A stretch of DNA of 64,000 nucleotides from Ostreococcus lucimarinus (Eukaryota), in assembly GCA_000092065.1 (NCBI GenBank), contig CP000596.1, one strand, 5' to 3'. The position numbers and the translations under genes were made by a program. The stretch's first letter is position 1, and each line of letters begins with the position of its first letter. The notes beneath the pieces were generated by a model. It was given only the letters and a program-made list of their open reading frames with translations. It searched no databases and had not been told where the DNA came from. Shown here in pieces: positions 38,690-48,882 of this stretch.

Positions 38690-40043
38690 ATGGATGGGTC
38701 ATTCATAGGATCGACCATTTACCTCGTCTCGCACTCCGACATACGATACGAGGGCGTGCTGGTGAACATCGACCCGGTCGAGAGCACGCTGACGCTGCAG
38801 AACGGTGCGAGAGTGCGAGGCGAGACGACGCGGAGAGGGCGCGGAGGGCGGACGCGCGCGCGAGATCTGAGAGAGGCGACGATCGCGGACGACGAGGAGA
38901 GACTGACGACGGCGAACGTTGGACGCGAGCGCAGTGCGATCGTTCGGAACGGAGGGAAGACGGACGAATGGGGTGCAGATCCCGCCGAGCGTGGAGGTGT
39001 ACGAGTACATCACGTTTAAGGGGGATGATATCCAGGATTTGGAGATTGTCGAAAACGGCGCCTCGGCGGCGGCGCAGCAGCAACAGCACGCGCAGCAGCC
39101 GCAGTACATGCAACAGCCGCAGTACGGGCAGCAGCCGCAGTACGGGCAGCAGCCGCAGTATGGGTACATGGGCGCGCCGCAGCAGGCGTACATGGGATAT
39201 CCGCCGCAGCAGCAGTACGGGATGCCGCAGCAATACGGCGCTCCGCCGCCGGCGTGGGGACAACCGCCGCCGCAACAGCAGCAACCGCCGCCGCAACCGC
39301 CGATGCAACAGCAACCGCCGGTGCAGCAGCAGCAGCAGCAGCAACCGCCTGCGCCTGCGCCGAAGAAATCGGCGTGGGGTAACCCGAACCCGGCCGCGGC
39401 GGCATCCGAGGGCGTGATCCTTCCGGCGGCGCGGAACGCGCCCCCGGCCGCGGCCGGCGTCGCCAAGACCGCGGCTACGGTCGCCGCTCCGAAGGCCATC
39501 GCGAAGGCCGCCGCCCCCAAACCGAAACCAACCTCGTTTGCTGCCGCCGCTCTCAACGCGATGGCTCCCGAGGAAGTGGCTCGGCTCAGGGCTGCGCCCA
39601 GACCGGCGCCCACGCAGGGTGGCCGCGGGGTTCCGGCGCCGAGAACGGGCGGTCGTGGCGCCGGCGGTGGACGTGGTGCGGCTCCAGCGGTGCCGAAGGA
39701 AGCGTTCAACTTTGAGAAAATGTTGCAAAAATTCAACAAGGAAAAGTTAGCGCAATCTGCCGAGGCGAAGAAGCTCACGACCGAAGTTCAATCCAACCCG
39801 GTGTACGTCAAGGATGACTTTTTCGACACCATGAGCAGCGAAGCTACGGAGAAGGCTGCTGGGGGGAACAGAGGTCGATTTCACGAACAACGTCGCATGG
39901 ACGCCATGACGTTTGGCTTTGATGCGGTGAGCGCATCTCACGCCGCGCAACGCGCGGCCGCTGCCGGCAGAGGTGGCCGTGGCGGTCGAAGCGACGGGGG
40001 CCGAGGCGGCGGCCGAGGCGGCGGTCGAGGCGGTCGCAGATGA
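38690..40043 (+). CDS. LSM14: LSM14/Scd6/RAP55-like protein, two exons (38690..38804 and 38935..40043)
   Basis: The Lsm domain is split by the intron: [34 protein letters not shown] | [41 protein letters not shown]. An AAC G|GTGCGAG donor, a gagACTGACgacg branch and a gcgCAG acceptor give a phase-1 join. A Q/P-rich prion-like region, an FDF/TFG box and C-terminal RGG repeats follow. Confidence 0.8.
38805..38934 (+). other. Intron (130 nt) of the LSM14 gene
   Basis: gtgcgagagtgcgagg...gagactgacgacggcgaacgttggacgcgagcgcag. The 3' 16-mer ttggacgcgagcgcag is identical to the 3' end of the CAD-gene intron. Confidence 0.8.
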
Positions 40044-40210
40044 TAGGGAATCGGACAGAAAGGGAAGACGACGGAAACACAATAGTCTCTAGCGTGACTC
40101 ACTTCCAGTGACTCACTGAAACGATATGTGAATACGAATATTTCGTTCTCAAACTACAAATGCTGTGTGTGTTTATACAAATCAAAACGCCTCGCCGTCG
40201 TCCGCCGCCT

Positions 40211-40900
40211 TCATCGGTACATCGCCTCCGATTGCAAGTTTCTCGCGATCTCCTTCTCCCATCGATCACCGTTAGAGAGTAACTTCTCCTTATCGTACAG
40301 CAACTCCTCGTGCGAAAACGTCGCGTACTCAAAGTTTGGTCCCTCCACGATGGCGTCCACCGGGCACGCCTCTTGGCAAAACCCGCAAAAGATGCACTTC
40401 GTCATGTCTATGTCGTATCTCGTCGTTCGTCGACTTCCGTCCTCTCTCTCCTCCGCCTCGATCGTGATCGCTTGCGCTGGGCATATGGCCTCGCACAACT
40501 TACACGCGATGCATCTTTCCTCACCCGTGGGATACCTTCGCAGCGCGTGTTCGCCTCGAAACCTCGGCGACAGCGGTCCCTTTTCGAACGGGTAGTTGAT
40601 CGTCACCTTTTTATCGAAGAAGTACTTCAGCGTCAGCGACATCCCTCGCAGGAGCTCCGTGAGCACGAGCGTCTTCGCGCTCGCGTCCAGGACGCCCGCG
40701 AGATCGGTCGGCATCGCCTTCTCCGCGAGTTCGCGCGAGCGATCGGCGCTCGCGGTCGTCGCGGGCGATCGCGGGGTGGAGTCGCGATCGACGACGGCGC
40801 CCGCGTCGCGCGCGGTGTCGCTCGCGAACGCGCGAAGGGACGTCGAGGGCGAGCCCTCGGTGGCGCGCTTGAACGCGGCGCGCGCGCCGTGACGAAGCAT
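40211..40900 (-). CDS. NDUFS8: NADH dehydrogenase (ubiquinone) iron-sulfur protein 8 (TYKY/23-kDa subunit), mitochondrial
   Basis: Two 4Fe-4S ferredoxin motifs: [12 protein letters not shown] and [34 protein letters not shown] is present. Presequence-like N-terminus. Confidence 0.9.
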   Translation of the reverse strand: MLRHGARAAFKRATEGSPSTSLRAFASDTARDAGAVVDRDSTPRSPATTASADRSRELAEKAMPTDLAGVLDASAKTLVLTELLRGMSLTLKYFFDKKVTINYPFEKGPLSPRFRGEHALRRYPTGEERCIACKLCEAICPAQAITIEAEEREDGSRRTTRYDIDMTKCIFCGFCQEACPVDAIVEGPNFEYATFSHEELLYDKEKLLSNGDRWEKEIARNLQSEAMYR

Positions 40901-41009
40901 GGCGCGCGTCGATGTGCGGCGGACGTCGGCGTCGACGCGTTAGGTCTAGGCTGGTCGACGCCCGTCGACGCGACGCGCGAGCGAGGGAGTGTTTTACAGA
41001 TTACTACGA

Positions 41010-41492
41010 TCACGAGATGGCGATCTTATCCATGAGCGAACCGTGCATCTTCTCCAGTTTCATGAGCTGATCGTACACGTTCAAGATTTTATTCGTGTTG
41101 ATCTCGAGCACCAACCCCCCGACGATTGTCTCGTCGAGCACGGTGTACGCCTTCGGAGAGTTGAAAATCAAATCCAATTCGCACACGTTCTCGAACACCC
41201 GATCGAGGGTTTCGACGTAGACTTGAATCAGATCCAGCATCGCCAGCTCGCTCTCGCTTCGATCGCTCAGGATGCAAAAGTACAGCGTCGCGAAGTGTCT
41301 GTACACCAGCTTCGTGTCCGGGCCGAACGTCTTCTCGTCGTCCACGAACGAGCACAGGTGATCCGGTCGCCCCGTCACGAGCTTGTACACCGTCTGACAC
41401 AGCTCCGTCTGTTTATCCACCCCGAGCTGTTCGTAAAATCTACACAATCGCACCATGGCGTGGTTATTCACCACGATGAACGCCTTGATCAT
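41010..41492 (-). CDS. AP3S: AP-3 adaptor complex sigma subunit
   Basis: MIKAFIVVNNHAMVRLCRFY...KLVYRHFATLYFCILSDRSESELAMLDLIQVYVETLDRVFENVCELDLIF matches the AP-3 sigma signature closely. Confidence 0.85.
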   Translation of the reverse strand: MIKAFIVVNNHAMVRLCRFYEQLGVDKQTELCQTVYKLVTGRPDHLCSFVDDEKTFGPDTKLVYRHFATLYFCILSDRSESELAMLDLIQVYVETLDRVFENVCELDLIFNSPKAYTVLDETIVGGLVLEINTNKILNVYDQLMKLEKMHGSLMDKIAIS

Positions 41493-41555
41493 CGTCCTCG
41501 TCGTCCGACAACACCAATGGATTGACCACCCAAATCAACGCAGTGAATGAATGAT

Positions 41556-41800
41556 TCGTTTCGTTTCGTTTCGTTTCGTTCGCCGACGCGAGGTTCGCGC
41601 CGCGATCGTCGGACCCCGCGCGGCGCCGCGATCCGTCCTCGATCACCGCCACCGTCGCGCCCCCGTCCGACCGCGCGTCGGCGCGTCGGCGTGTCGCGCC
41701 CGCGCGCGATCGACGCGACGCGACGCGCGAAACACCGAAAAACCGAAAAACCGAAAAACCGAAAAATCGAAAAACCGAAACCGAAAACGAACCTCGACCG
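41556..41800. repeat. Microsatellites in the AP3S/COX6B intergenic region: (CGTTT)n at about 41556-41580 and (CCGAAAAA)n x6 at about 41735-41795
   Basis: tcgtttcgtttcgtttcgtt and accgaaaaaccgaaaaaccgaaaaaccgaaaaatcgaaaaaccgaaaccgaaaac. Confidence 0.85.
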
Positions 41801-42374
41801 CGACGATCTCGAGGGCGTCCGGGGTTCCGTCAAAACCCTACATACTGTTTCCCCACACGACACAAAAACCGGTCGGTCGGACACCCATGCGCGTCGCCCG
41901 GCGTCGTCGCGCGACGCCGCAAACCCGCACGCCGCGCGCGATGTCGAGCGACGAGGAAGAAGCGCCGGCGCCGGCGATGGAACACGGCGAGGAGGCGCGT
42001 CGACGACGACGCGCGCGAGCGATCGACGCGCGCGCGGAAGCGCGAGAACCGCGCGCGCGGGCGAACGACGGGCGCGGGACGAGGGCGCGCGCGCGATCGG
42101 GGGCGAGGCGGACGACGCGCGACGACGGAGAAAGAGGGACGGGACGGGAGAGGGCGACCGGACGACGACGACGACGCGAACGATGGGATCGCGATGATGG
42201 GGACTGACGGCGCGCGACGCGCGAATCGAGCAGGTTTCGGCGCCGGAGCCGACGGCGAGCGCGGGGGACGTGGAGGTGCGTTTGAAGGCGACGCGCGCGC
42301 GAGGGGCGGGGAGGGGGACGAAATCACGGCGCGATCGATGAGACTGACGACGATGCGCGCGCGGTGGTGGATGT

Positions 42375-42605
42375 TTGGGTTCACAGTTGAAGACGACGCC
42401 GTTTGATCCGCGATTCCCGCAGACGAACCAAGCGAAGCACTGCTACACGAGGTACAACGAGTTTCACAAGTGCCAAGCCGAAAACGGCGAGGGCGCGGAA
42501 GAGTGCGAACCGTTGGCCAAGTTTTATCGCTCCATCTGTCCGACAGAGTGGACCGAGAAATGGAACGAGGAAAGAGAGGAAGGCACGTGGCCGGGGCGCT
42601 ATTAG
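42375..42605 (+). CDS. COX6B: Cytochrome c oxidase subunit 6b (COX6B/COX12); 5' end unresolved (probable upstream exon)
   Basis: ...KTTPFDPRFPQTNQAKHCYTRYNEFHKCQAENGEGAEECEPLAKFYRSICPTEWTEKWNEEREEGTWPGRY is a CHCH fold. There is no in-frame ATG; the ORF starts at TTG. An intron-like 3' end (gagactgacgacgatgcgcgcg...ttcacag) finishes at about 42386. Confidence 0.75.
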   Translation: MGSQLKTTPFDPRFPQTNQAKHCYTRYNEFHKCQAENGEGAEECEPLAKFYRSICPTEWTEKWNEEREEGTWPGRY

Positions 42606-42778
42606 GAGGACTCGTGTGTGTGTAAATGTACGACGCGACGCGCTTTGGAAGCGCGCCAAGTCCGCGTCTTTTAGAAATCTAACCATGTAACGGCTGACAC
42701 ATTTCTGTTTGCGAAGCTAATGCGAACGGCGACGACGACTGTTTAAGCGCTACGCGTCGTCGTCGCGCTATGATCTAG

Positions 42779-43516
42779 CTATTTTCGAGCCCACTCCCCG
42801 CTCAGCATCCAACCGAACTGCACGACGACGCGATCCCACGCCGAACTCGGGCCGTCCAGCGCCGGTCGAACGTCCAGATGCATCGCCACGGGCGCGTTCC
42901 CACCGTACGGCACGGCGTTATAAAAATCAATCACGTATCGAACCTCGGTTCCGCATCTATCGACGATCCAATCGTGACGATCGAACGGCAGTTTGTATCC
43001 TAAAAAATTCAGAAACTGCGCCTTGGGGCTGTAATCCTTCGGCCGTCCTCGAAATTTCAACAGCTTGGGATCGGGGCACCGTTCGCAGTGTCGCCTCTCC
43101 CAGGCCATGACGTGCGCCCAGGCCTTTTCGTTCACCGCGTTGTGTATCTTTACCACGTGTTCCATGTCGTTCGCGCTCGGTTTCCACCCCTTGCGCTTCA
43201 TGGCGTTGTAAAACATCTCTTCGCTCGGGTACCGCCACGTCGCCTCCTCGCGCTGATGTTTCGGCAGCTCCGTGCGCGGGCTGATCGGGATCGAGCTCGA
43301 CTCGCGCGCGTCGCGCAGCGCTCGCGAGCGATCGCGCGCGAGCCACGTCCACGGCCGCGTCCAGCGCCGCGCGGGCGTCGACGTCGTCGCGTCCCCGTCG
43401 AGGCCGCGCGGGATGTTGTTCGGCGACGACGCGCTCGACGCCTCGGACGCGCCGTCGACGGGAGAGAGATCGCGCGCGAGCTTAGCGAAGAGCGTCGTCA
43501 CCTTGGGGTCGTTCAT
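42779..43516 (-). CDS. HCCS: Holocytochrome-c synthase (cytochrome c/c1 haem lyase, system III)
   Basis: YNAMKRKGW...VVKIHNAVNEKAWAHVMAWE...FRGRPKDYSPKAQFLNFLGYKLPFDRHDWIVDRCGTEVRYVIDFY is the Cyto_heme_lyase signature. Confidence 0.85.
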   Translation of the reverse strand: MNDPKVTTLFAKLARDLSPVDGASEASSASSPNNIPRGLDGDATTSTPARRWTRPWTWLARDRSRALRDARESSSIPISPRTELPKHQREEATWRYPSEEMFYNAMKRKGWKPSANDMEHVVKIHNAVNEKAWAHVMAWERRHCERCPDPKLLKFRGRPKDYSPKAQFLNFLGYKLPFDRHDWIVDRCGTEVRYVIDFYNAVPYGGNAPVAMHLDVRPALDGPSSAWDRVVVQFGWMLSGEWARK

Positions 43517-44378
43517 GGCGCGCTCTCGCGCGCGCGACGCGCACTGCGGCGAGGCGCGCGAACGCTCGGGACGGCGACGGCTTCGCGCGCCGCGCTACGC
43601 TACGTTTCCATTCTAAATCATCGAGCTCGACGCCGCGCGCACGGCGGCGTCGGCCTGGTACCAAACTAAATCATCCGAACTCTCATCGTCGCTCGCGTCG
43701 TCTCGGTCGTCGCTCGCGTCGCCGTTCACGACGACGCGAACGCGCCGGCGCTCGACGCGCGCGCGCTTCGCCGGCGCGAATCCCGGCTTGGGCGCGTATC
43801 CCTCCACCTCGTCCGTCGTCGCGCGCGCCTCGACGAAGAAAAACGCCCTCAATCCCGCGCTCTGCGGCGGATTTAACGTCGCCATCACCGGCACGAACGC
43901 CCGCACCGCTCGTCTCGACACCGCGTCCGCCGTCTCTTCGCGTTCGTCCTCGCGCGTCGTCGTCGTCTCCGCGTACGCCACCCCTCGCAGATCCATCTCG
44001 TACGCCTCCCTCGTCCGCGTCGCCGTCGTTCCCAGCGTCATCACCACCCTTCGCGGTCGCAATCGTTCGAACGCGCGCGCGTCGAACGCTCGCGCGAGCG
44101 CCCTTCTCGTCTCTCGCGCGCGTCGTCGCCGCGTTCGCTCGCCGCGCGTCCTCGCCCGCGTCCCGCGCGCGCGTCCCTCGTTTCGCCGTCTTCGTCGCGC
44201 GACGCCGACGGCGCGCGAATTGAACGCATCGTCGTCGTCGCGCGCGCCGTCGTCGTCGCGCGCGTCGTCGTCGCGCGCGTCGTCGTCGTCGGTCGTTTCG
44301 TCGTCGTTCGGCGCCGGTTCGCGCGCGCAGTCCCTGGCGTAGAGCGCGAACGCGAACGCCGCGCGCGCGGCTCTGGCG

Positions 44379-45560
44379 ATGACGAACGCGTCGCGCTCGC
44401 GGTGCGCGTCGCGCCGGAGCGCGAGCATGCGTGTGACGCGCGCGAAGAAGGCGAATCGCCGCGTCAGTCCACGACGCGTCATGCCGAGCCCGACGCGGAC
44501 GCCGACGACGAGCGCGGCGACGTTCACGCGCGCGCTGCGCGGAAGCGCGAGCGATCGACGTCGCGCGCGCGCGCGGCGCGCGCTCGCGGCGACGCGCGGC
44601 GCGCGCGCGGCGGACGCGGGCGCGGCGAGGGGGACGATCGCGCGTCGCGCGCGGGGCGTCGCGCGCGCGGACGCGCGATCGCTCGGCGGACGCGATGGCG
44701 CGGACGCGCGGCGTCGAGACGCGAGGCGTCGCGCGACGAGCGAGGAGAGCGAGGACGACGACGTGGATTGGGCGCGGGAGGTGGACGCGGGGGACGGCGA
44801 CGGCGAATTCGTCGTCGAGGCGTTCGATACGAGGGACGATCTGGCGCGGGCGCTGTGCCTGGAGGTCGAGGAAAACGCGCGGGGGTGCTTGCAGGAGCGA
44901 GGGGCGTTCACGATGGCGGTGCCGGGAGGGAGCGTGGCGAAGGCCCTGCGCGGGCTGCGCGAGGCGGAGGGATTGGATTGGGACAGGGTGCACGTGTTCT
45001 TCGTCAACGAGCGACCGGGGGAGCAAAAGTGCGCGAAATTGGCCAAGGAGACGTGGACGGAGGCGTGTGGGATTCCTGATGCGAACGTGCACTGCGTGAT
45101 GGCGAGCGATGACGTGGAAGCGTGCGCGGCGGATTACGAAAAGCAAATGCGGTCGCTCGACGAAAACCAAATGCCGATCGACGAGGAGAACGGAATGCCG
45201 GTGTTTGATTTGATCTTGCTCGGAATGGGGGCGGATGGACACGTGGGGAGTATTTATCCGAACTCTGCCGCGGCGAACGACGAGACCGGGGCGTGTGTGC
45301 TCGGAGTGGACATGCCGGGGAAGCGGACGGTGACGATGAGCATGGCGCTCATCAACACCGCCGATCGCGTCGTGCTCGCGGCGACTGGGAGTGAGAAGGC
45401 TGAGACCGTGCGAGCGGCGCTCGAGGACGAACTCGAGTGGGGGGAAATTCCGGGCTCCATGGTGGACGCGTTCTCGACGATTTGGTTCCTCGATCTCGCG
45501 GCGGCGTCCAAGTTGAGCGCCTACGAGGACATGGACATGGACACGGACGACGACGAATGA
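44379..45560 (+). CDS. PGL: 6-phosphogluconolactonase with long A/R/S/T-rich N-terminal (transit-peptide-like) extension
   Basis: GAFTMAVPGGSVAKAL, VHVFFVNERP, LLGMGADGHVGSIYPNS. An acidic C-terminal tail. The ATG at 44379 is a genuine ATG. Confidence 0.8.
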   Translation: MTNASRSRCASRRSASMRVTRAKKANRRVSPRRVMPSPTRTPTTSAATFTRALRGSASDRRRARARRALAATRGARAADAGAARGTIARRARGVARADARSLGGRDGADARRRDARRRATSEESEDDDVDWAREVDAGDGDGEFVVEAFDTRDDLARALCLEVEENARGCLQERGAFTMAVPGGSVAKALRGLREAEGLDWDRVHVFFVNERPGEQKCAKLAKETWTEACGIPDANVHCVMASDDVEACAADYEKQMRSLDENQMPIDEENGMPVFDLILLGMGADGHVGSIYPNSAAANDETGACVLGVDMPGKRTVTMSMALINTADRVVLAATGSEKAETVRAALEDELEWGEIPGSMVDAFSTIWFLDLAAASKLSAYEDMDMDTDDDE

Positions 45561-45727
45561 CGCGCGCGTCGACGACAGGCGACGACAAGGAACGTATTTT
45601 TATCGATCAAAGTTTGATAGTAATACGAGAAAATTTTCCCATGAGGTGGTGCATTAGATTGAGTTTGAAATTACATTTCAATGCGTACAACAAAAGACAA
45701 CTTTCGAGCGCCGCTCGAGTCGCGCAA

Positions 45728-46776
45728 TCACCAGTCTCCGCTTCCGATGGGCTGCTGCACGCCCTGCGCCGCGCGCATCATCTGCACCGCGCGTTCTCGA
45801 AGCTGCGCGACGTCCCAATCGAGATCGGTGATTTTATGCTCGTAGATGAAGCCCTTGGAATCGAGCTTGTACTCGGAGATTCCGTCGAACCTCGCCTCGT
45901 CGGCGCCGATGGAGCCGACGAGTCTCACCTTGCCGCGAACGCTCCAGCGCACGCGGATCGTTCGAAGGCCCGACGAACCCAAAGGGGACCAAATGCGAGA
46001 CACCTCCATCGTGCTCTGCGAAAACAACACGGCGGCGATGATACGAATGATCTTGAACACTCGTTTGTACTCGGACATGTTCGTCGCCATGACGCCGTTT
46101 CGTCCCTCTCTTCCCGGCCCCGCGAACGTCATCGTCTCGTCCAACAGCCCGATATCGTCCCTGTAGATCGTCCATCGAGGCTCTTTGGTCAACAAATACG
46201 GGTAGTCCTCGCGAAGGACTCGAATCGCCTCCCCAGACTGCGCGTAAAAATCGTCGTCCTTGCTCGAGCTCGGGCCGTCCTCGTCGCGTCCGCCCGACGG
46301 TCCCTTCGATTCCGTCGAATCCACGATCGCGGGCGTCGTGGACACGCTGTAATCTGTCCCACCCTCCACCGCGACGCATCGCAGCGCGCGCGCGCGCGTC
46401 GTCGTCGTCGTCGTCGTCGCCCTACTCCCCGTCGCGTTCGACCTATCCCGTTCGAATCCCCCCTCGCTCGTCTCGCTCGGCGCCTCGATCTTCACCGTCA
46501 CTCGCACCGCGCGCCCTCCGCCCCTGCACGCCGGACACGCCGTCACTCCCGTGTATCCACACGACCCGCATCCCTCGCCGTCGCCGCTCCATCGCGTGCA
46601 CGAGCACGCCGTTCGTCCGCTCCCCTCGCACTTCGGGCACGCCTCGTCCGCGTCGTCCCCGTCACTCGTCATCCGCGCGTACGCGCACAGGATCGCCCCG
46701 CACGTCGCCGCCTGCTCCGCCCACCACACCGCGTCGCCCGCGTGCGGCATCGCGCGCGTCCGCGTCGTCCCGCGCG

Positions 46777-46813
<37 letters not shown>

Positions 46814-46963
46814 GCGGTCCGCAATCACCGCGCGTTCGACCGCGCCCCGCGCGCGCGACGCGCGACGACGCGTCGCGGCGACGCGCGCCGTCGTCGCGCG
46901 CGCGCCGTCGTCGCGCGCGGTCGACCGCGCGGGCGCGATCGCGCGCGCGACCGCGCGCGCCAT
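45728..46963 (-). CDS. Protein with DnaJ-type CxxCxGxG zinc-finger and DUF2358-like C-terminal domain (probably plastid)
   Basis: CPKCEGSGRTACSCTRWSGDGEGCGSCGYTGVTACPACRGGG has four CxxC-G repeats. The C-terminal ~200 aa (YPYLLTKEPRWTIYRDDIGLLDETMTFAGPG...) resembles DUF2358. The N-terminus is (ACG)n-derived poly-T. Confidence 0.5.
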
Positions 46964-47004
46964 CGCAGATCCCCCGCGATTCGCCGCGACGTCGAGTGCC
47001 GACG

Positions 47005-47373
47005 GTCGACGCGACGACGGCTCGATCGCGCGATCGCGCGATCGCGACTCGATCGACGACGCGCGTTTCGACGCGCGCGCGCGATCGACGCCGCGAGGTT
47101 CGCGCGCGACCGCGCCGATCGATCGGCGTCGACGCGACGACGGCTCGATCGCGCGATCGCGCGATCGCGACTCGATCGACGACGCGCGTTTCGACGCGCG
47201 CGCGCGATCGACGCCGCGAGGTTCGCGCGCGACCGCGCCGATCGATCGGCGTCGACGCGACGACGGCTCGATCGCGCGATCGCGCGATCGCGACTCGATC
47301 GACGACGCGCGCTTCGACGCGCGCGCGCGATCGACGCCGCGAGGTTCGCGCGCGACCGCGCCGATCGATCGGC
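47005..47373. repeat. 123-bp tandem repeat x3 (minisatellite) in the bidirectional promoter region
   Basis: Unit: gtcgacgcgacgacggctcgatcgcgcgatcgcgcgatcgcgactcgatcgacgacgcgcg(t/c)ttcgacgcgcgcgcgcgatcgacgccgcgaggttcgcgcgcgaccgcgccgatcgatcggc. Copies begin at about 47005, 47128 and 47251. They appear as triplicated 41-aa peptides in overlapping ORFs of both strands. Confidence 0.9.
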
Positions 47374-47811
47374 GTCGGCCGCGGTCGCGCGCGCGACTCG
47401 CGCGACGCGCGCGCGAGACGCGCGCGCGGTGGACGATCGCGACGCGGGCGTCGACGCGACGGACGCGCGGTCGACGATCGATCGGCGCGCGCGACGGGCG
47501 CGAGGGAGGCGCGCGCGACGCGGGAGGCGCGCGCGGCGGTGCGGGTTCGGAGAGACGCGCGCGGCGGACGGACGCGCGGGGGCGCGGCGGAGGCGCGGAG
47601 ACGACCGAGGCGCGGTGAGGGAGTCGAGGGGATGCGCGCGCGAGCGATGGTGGGGGTCGAGGGGGGCGCGCGCGGGCGCGCGCGGGCGGTGGGACGCGAA
47701 AGAGGGAGGGACGGCGGGCGACGGCGACGCGCGGCGACGACGAGACGCGCCTCGGTCGTGGATTCCGACGCGGAGAGGGCGGGGAAGGATAAGGCGACGA
47801 AGGGATCGAAA

Positions 47812-48780
47812 ATGGTGACGAGCGTGGCGGAGGAGGAGGAGGATGGATTGGAGCACGTGTACGAGAAATCGCGGTGGTTTGAGATTCGGGACGTGGTTCG
47901 CCCGACGCAGGTGGCGCTGGGGTGGGATTGGACGTTTTATAAGCTCGCGAATTTTAAAGACGCCGACAGCGCCAAGGCGTACATGGCTCGGAAACCGATT
48001 CCGTACGTTAAATACCGAGGGTTGCGGTACGTGGTGGATCATCATCACACGCTCGCCGCGCTGAACCTGGCGGGTTGGGACATCGACGTTTACATGGAAG
48101 AGATTTTTGAGTACGACGACGACATCGGGGACGACAGGTTTTGGGGTAACATGGAGGGTAAAGGTTGGAGCTTCTGTTGGGATTCGGATTACTCTCGCTT
48201 GTCGCACGAATCTATCCCGAAATCGTTTGAACTGCAGGCGTTTAGAAACGACATCTTTCGCTCGCTCGGGGGGTTCTGCCGGAAAGCCAAGCTCCTCAAG
48301 CGCGGCAAGATGCTCGAAGAAAAATTATTTTTCGAGTTCCAGTGGGGATACTTTTTCTGGCTCCATAGAAACGACGCTTACGCGCTCTGGCCGTCGTCAC
48401 AACTGCAACGCGGTTTTGACCGTCTGCTCGCTATGATTGAGCAAACGGACGACAGCGAATACATCGGCGAGGGACATCTTGAGGCGAGTCGTGACGTCGC
48501 AGACATGATCTTTCTCTCGGACAAAGTTTTGCAACCGCTTTACGAAGTGCTCGTTGAGTACGTCGCGCCCCTGGCGTACGCGTACGCCACCTTGCCCGAC
48601 GACGCGCGCGTCGTCCACGGTTTGAGAAAGAGATTCGGCCGCGAGACTCTTCCCGGTTCCGTCATCACCGGCCAGTTTGACTTCTTAACCGAGCGTCAAA
48701 ATTTCACCATGCCCGAGGATGGGAAGAAGGACAAGTCTAAGGATGGAAAATCGAGCTCGAGCTCGAAGAAGAAGGACTAA
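47812..48780 (+). CDS. Conserved hypothetical protein, possible ParB/sulfiredoxin-like (ParBc) domain
   Basis: MVTSVAEEEE...RPTQVALGWDW...YVVDHHHTLAALNLAGWD weakly matches the ParB-like (l.Pt......yvvDGhHRl.Aa) motif. K/S-rich tail. The upstream part of ORF 46996..48780 is the repeat/GC-rich region, not coding. Confidence 0.45.
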   Translation: MVTSVAEEEEDGLEHVYEKSRWFEIRDVVRPTQVALGWDWTFYKLANFKDADSAKAYMARKPIPYVKYRGLRYVVDHHHTLAALNLAGWDIDVYMEEIFEYDDDIGDDRFWGNMEGKGWSFCWDSDYSRLSHESIPKSFELQAFRNDIFRSLGGFCRKAKLLKRGKMLEEKLFFEFQWGYFFWLHRNDAYALWPSSQLQRGFDRLLAMIEQTDDSEYIGEGHLEASRDVADMIFLSDKVLQPLYEVLVEYVAPLAYAYATLPDDARVVHGLRKRFGRETLPGSVITGQFDFLTERQNFTMPEDGKKDKSKDGKSSSSSKKKD

Positions 48781-48882
48781 AAGAACGCCGCCCACCACCC
48801 GCCCTCCCCACTAGCCGACGCGCTGCCTGACGTGCGAGCTGTAATACGCACCAAACACCACGCTTACAATACGCGAGCGCGC

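Noticed and set aside
38699-39778. Two minus-strand ORFs of about 350 aa (38699..39778, 38703..39728) antisense to LSM14
   Set aside because: Poly-Cys, Gly and Arg-Leu text produced by the antisense of the CAG/CCG-rich poly-Q region.
43613-45242. Minus-strand ORFs of 477 and 519 aa between the haem lyase and PGL genes
   Set aside because: Arg/Ala-rich with no domains. The region is a GC-rich divergent promoter plus the PGL transit-peptide region.
47005-47373. Possible CRISPR array
   Set aside because: Only three repeats, directly abutting with no spacers, in a eukaryotic promoter context. This is a minisatellite.
45437-48207. Very long ORFs (793, 355 and 460 aa) spanning the 123-bp minisatellite on both strands
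   Set aside because: Open frames created by a repeat whose length is divisible by three. The peptide is triplicated and R/D/S-rich.
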